DNA of 64,000 nt from Leptospira sp. Lineage in GTDB: Bacteria > Spirochaetota > Leptospiria > Leptospirales > Leptospiraceae. The notes beneath the pieces are model-generated. The model had not been told where the DNA came from and did not search any database. It worked only from the letters and a program-made list of their open reading frames with translations. This document shows positions 60,139 to 64,000 of the stretch, piece after piece. The first letter of the stretch is position 1. Each line of letters opens with the position of its first letter. Where the stretch lies: contig JAWXAQ010000033.1 of NCBI GenBank assembly GCA_034439575.1, positions 32,001 to 96,000 on the forward strand, in the 5' to 3' direction. The translations under genes were made by a program, and so were the position numbers.

Positions 60139-61201
60139 TTTTTTTCTTAATAACCAAAATCACGGATTTGCTCACATCTTTTGAACCGAGCACCCCATAG
60201 CCAAAAGGGAAGGGCAGTGGTTCATTTTTGAATCTTTCGTTTAGTAATTTCATTTCCGATTGAGATTCTGGTTCGACTGCACCAGAAAGATTCCAGGATT
60301 TATCATACTTCCCATATAGAGTTTTTGTCCAATCCGTATCTGGAAATAATCTGAGTGGAAATCCTGAATCGTCTTGGACGATTTCTTTTGTATCTTTTAG
60401 TAATAGATTTCGGAAAGTCGATCGTCTTTCACCATGAAACAGGTATTCGGCGGATTTAGTAAATATAGCTTTTTCCCCTAAATTAGAAAAATATTCATAA
60501 AGTCCATCACCTGGGATTCCTTCTTTTCCAGTCAGAAATATTTTGTAATAAGTAAGAGATTGATTTTTTTGGAGAATTGGATCATACATTACAATTGTAA
60601 ATCCATAATAAGAATTTACTTGTCCATTGATCATTTCACTTTTTGTATCTATTATTTCTTTCCCTAACCTTCTTAGGAAAGCAACAAATACTGGATAGGC
60701 GCCAGAGAGTTCTGGTTTTTTTGTTTCTTCCTTCATTTTTCGATACGTAAAATAATTTCTTCCCGCCAAATGGGATGATAGATTCTCAATGCCTTCTAAA
60801 ATCACATTTTTTTCTTTATGATTTTTAATTTCCCAATCAAAAGGATATCCTGGGTCCTCTAGACCAAATAACACATAACGATCGGATTTTGGAAAAAAAG
60901 TAAATAGATTCAGGACATCAATTCCACTAAAAGGATATACGACCGTTTTTTGATTCACTTCGTATTTATTGTTTTGTAAAAATTTGCTAATTTCATTTCG
61001 TCTAACTAGCATTTGACCCCATGAGAGATCCATGTTTTGATTATGTTTTAAATTTTTTGATGCAGAAGAAAGTCCTGCCCACTCGTCATAATACTCAGAA
61101 TTTTTATTTGCTTCTATCGAAGGTTTGTTAGTTGCTGAAGAACATTGAATGAATAATAAAAAAAATATGAAACGGAAAATGAGAAGGGACTTGGTCGTCA
61201 T
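60131..61201 (-). CDS. Conserved hypothetical lipoprotein
   Basis: Lipobox [32 protein letters not shown] motifs. Confidence 0.75.
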   Translation of the reverse strand: MTTKSLLIFRFIFFLLFIQCSSATNKPSIEANKNSEYYDEWAGLSSASKNLKHNQNMDLSWGQMLVRRNEISKFLQNNKYEVNQKTVVYPFSGIDVLNLFTFFPKSDRYVLFGLEDPGYPFDWEIKNHKEKNVILEGIENLSSHLAGRNYFTYRKMKEETKKPELSGAYPVFVAFLRRLGKEIIDTKSEMINGQVNSYYGFTIVMYDPILQKNQSLTYYKIFLTGKEGIPGDGLYEYFSNLGEKAIFTKSAEYLFHGERRSTFRNLLLKDTKEIVQDDSGFPLRLFPDTDWTKTLYGKYDKSWNLSGAVEPESQSEMKLLNERFKNEPLPFPFGYGVLGSKDVSKSVILVIKKKTN

Positions 61202-61250
61202 ATTTACCAGAGAATCGAGATTCCTTTCTGGTTCAACATCTCTTCTGGAT

Positions 61251-61288
61251 AAAAAAAGACCGGGGCCGATATGGAATCGACTCCGGTC
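61251..61288 (-). terminator. Rho-independent terminator after recA
   Basis: Minus strand GACCGGAGTCGAT-loop-ATCGGCCCCGGTC followed by a T7 run. Confidence 0.75.
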
Positions 61289-61330
61289 AATGGTTCCTAA
61301 AAAGAAAGCCGTTTGATTTGAGGTAGCGGC

Positions 61331-62467
<1,137 letters not shown>

Positions 62468-62715
62468 ACTCGGTTCTATTTCTCCTAAAAGTGTCCGAAA
62501 GAACTAGGTTGGTAAATTTGAGGATTGGTCCCCTTAAAATATCCAACAACCAGTAAATTCCGAGAGTCCAGCTTTACCAGTATCTCTTTCGGAATTCGCA
62601 TCTTTTTCTCTTCCGTTCTGTGTCTGATTATGTCAGATAAGCGGGACAAAACAGAAAGTTTTAAAGATTTTTTTTCGAATTATGTCTTTTTCTAGAATCC
62701 AAAACTATTTCTCAA

Positions 62716-62736
62716 GTAAGTACCTGTATAGTAAAA
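62716..62736 (-). promoter_or_regulatory. Possible LexA/SOS operator upstream of recA
   Basis: Minus strand TTTACTATACAGGTAC resembles the recalled leptospiral recA operator core TTTG-N5-CAAA, but imperfectly. Confidence 0.3.
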
Positions 62737-62779
62737 TTTTGAAAGAGAATTTGGAAAATTACGCCGATTTTAACCTTGT

Positions 62780-63721
62780 ATGATCTCTACGCCTCTAGAA
62801 GTTAAGCTCCCTCCAAATGCCTCACCTCGAATGATGGAATTTTTCCTTTTGTACAGAACCTATTTAAAAATTGAGAAAAATTATTCAGAACATACCCTCT
62901 TTGCTTATTTGCGAGATTTGAAATTCTTTTTCGAATTTTGTTTAAAAGAGGAGATTGATTTTTTATCAGTGGATGTGTTAGATGTTAGGGGATATTTCGC
63001 GGATCTTAAAGCGACAAAGAAATTAGATAAACGTACTCAAAGTAGAAAACTTTCATCCCTAAGAACATTTTATAAATTTTTATTCCGCGAGGAAAAAGTT
63101 CCAGCTAATCCTATACTCTCTGTTAGTTTCCCTAAAACCAAAAAGAAACTACCAAAAAACTTTTCTCCCATTGAAACAGAAGACATCCTGGAATACAATA
63201 CAGAAGAAAAATCTACGTCACTTAATAAAAGAGATAAAGCCATAGTCGAAATTTTATACTCAACAGGGCTTCGAGTTTTTGAACTAGTTAATGCGAAAGT
63301 GAGTGATTTGAATCAAGAGCTAACAAGTCTTAAGGTTATGGGAAAACGAAAAAAAGAAAGATATGTGTTTATTGGAAAGGAAGCACAAACGGCACTACGC
63401 GAATACTTAGAAGAACGCGGAGAACAATCAAAAACAGAAGAAATATTTTTGAATCAAAGAGGTGGTAAACTTACCACTAGAGGGATTCGTTATATTCTCG
63501 CTGAAAGAAGGACCCTAATGGGAATGGAGAAGGCTATCACTCCGCATAAATTTCGTCATACCTTCGCTACTGATTTGTTAAATGCTGGTGCTGACATTCG
63601 CGCCGTACAAGAGTTACTTGGGCATTCGTCATTGTCATCGACACAAGTTTATTTGAGTGTCTCACAAGATCGTCTGAAAGAAGTCTATCGAAAAGCGCAC
63701 CCTCATGCTAAAAATCCATAA
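62780..63721 (+). CDS. XerC/XerD-family tyrosine recombinase
   Basis: YSEHTLFAYLRDL, RKLSSLRTFY, TGLRVFE, GKRKKER, HKFRHTFAT, LLGHSSLSSTQVY; catalytic residues intact. Confidence 0.93.
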   Translation: MISTPLEVKLPPNASPRMMEFFLLYRTYLKIEKNYSEHTLFAYLRDLKFFFEFCLKEEIDFLSVDVLDVRGYFADLKATKKLDKRTQSRKLSSLRTFYKFLFREEKVPANPILSVSFPKTKKKLPKNFSPIETEDILEYNTEEKSTSLNKRDKAIVEILYSTGLRVFELVNAKVSDLNQELTSLKVMGKRKKERYVFIGKEAQTALREYLEERGEQSKTEEIFLNQRGGKLTTRGIRYILAERRTLMGMEKAITPHKFRHTFATDLLNAGADIRAVQELLGHSSLSSTQVYLSVSQDRLKEVYRKAHPHAKNP

Positions 63722-63764
63722 GGTTGCGAGTTTATAGACTTTAAACTAAAAATAAATCTATAAT

Positions 63765-64000
63765 TTAAAGTTTCCAAATATAGATTGTATCATTGCGATT
63801 TACCCAAGGCAAAGGAAATTCTATTTTTTTGACCCGAATATCATTTTCTCTTAGGTAATTTCGTAAATCTTCATCTCTGAATACAGCTTCGCTGATCGAA
63901 ATTTCGCCCGATTGTGTGACATTTTGCATTTTGGCAGCGTAATTGACTGTATTGCCAAAATAATCGATATTACTATTTAAGTTTACCGCCAAACAGTTGC
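63765..64000 (-). CDS. Adenylate/guanylate cyclase-like protein, C-terminal part (5' end lies outside the window)
   Basis: [15 protein letters not shown]...GEISIS matches the class III cyclase GxxVNxAAR region. Confidence 0.75.
   Translation of the reverse strand, partial: NCLAVNLNSNIDYFGNTVNYAAKMQNVTQSGEISISEAVFRDEDLRNYLRENDIRVKKIEFPLPWVNRNDTIYIWKL

Noticed and set aside
62780..63721. Tyrosine recombinase as a prophage or island integrase
   Set aside because: Its size and motifs fit chromosomal XerC/D, and there are no phage genes, tRNA or att-like repeats nearby.

Overview
An AT-rich bacterial chromosomal segment, most likely from a Leptospira of a saprophytic or environmental clade. This is inferred from the RecA sequence, the OmpL37-like and DUF1577/PilZ proteins, spirochaetal lipoboxes and many SpoIIE/PP2C sensors. 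About 55 CDSs are densely packed. They include the end of an mla/mce-type ABC operon, gloA, pyk, a deacetylase operon, a GH36/lipoprotein/membrane-protein operon, an RNase D-like gene with radA, amtB-glnK, an ABC-2 exporter, a decarboxylase with speD, a DsbA-lipoprotein cluster, a flavo-Fe-S membrane fusion, a P-type ATPase, several kinases, a CIRCE-controlled clpB, recA and an xerC-like recombinase. I saw no rRNA, tRNA, CRISPR array or intact transposase. The best leads, all hypotheses from motif reading, are: (1) an operon encoding a Ser-rich lipoprotein, a split permuted-papain (Lnb-like) protein and a GT-C-like membrane protein, whose middle gene seems to have lost its canonical start codon; (2) a class-II deacetylase translationally coupled to a possible cryptic AcuA-like acetyltransferase, divergent from pyk; (3) an intergenic hairpin carrying multiple CsrA-type GGA motifs; (4) a decayed toxin-tip/immunity-like cassette after radA; (5) a circularly permuted TrxB-like domain fused to a NapH-like membrane Fe-S domain.
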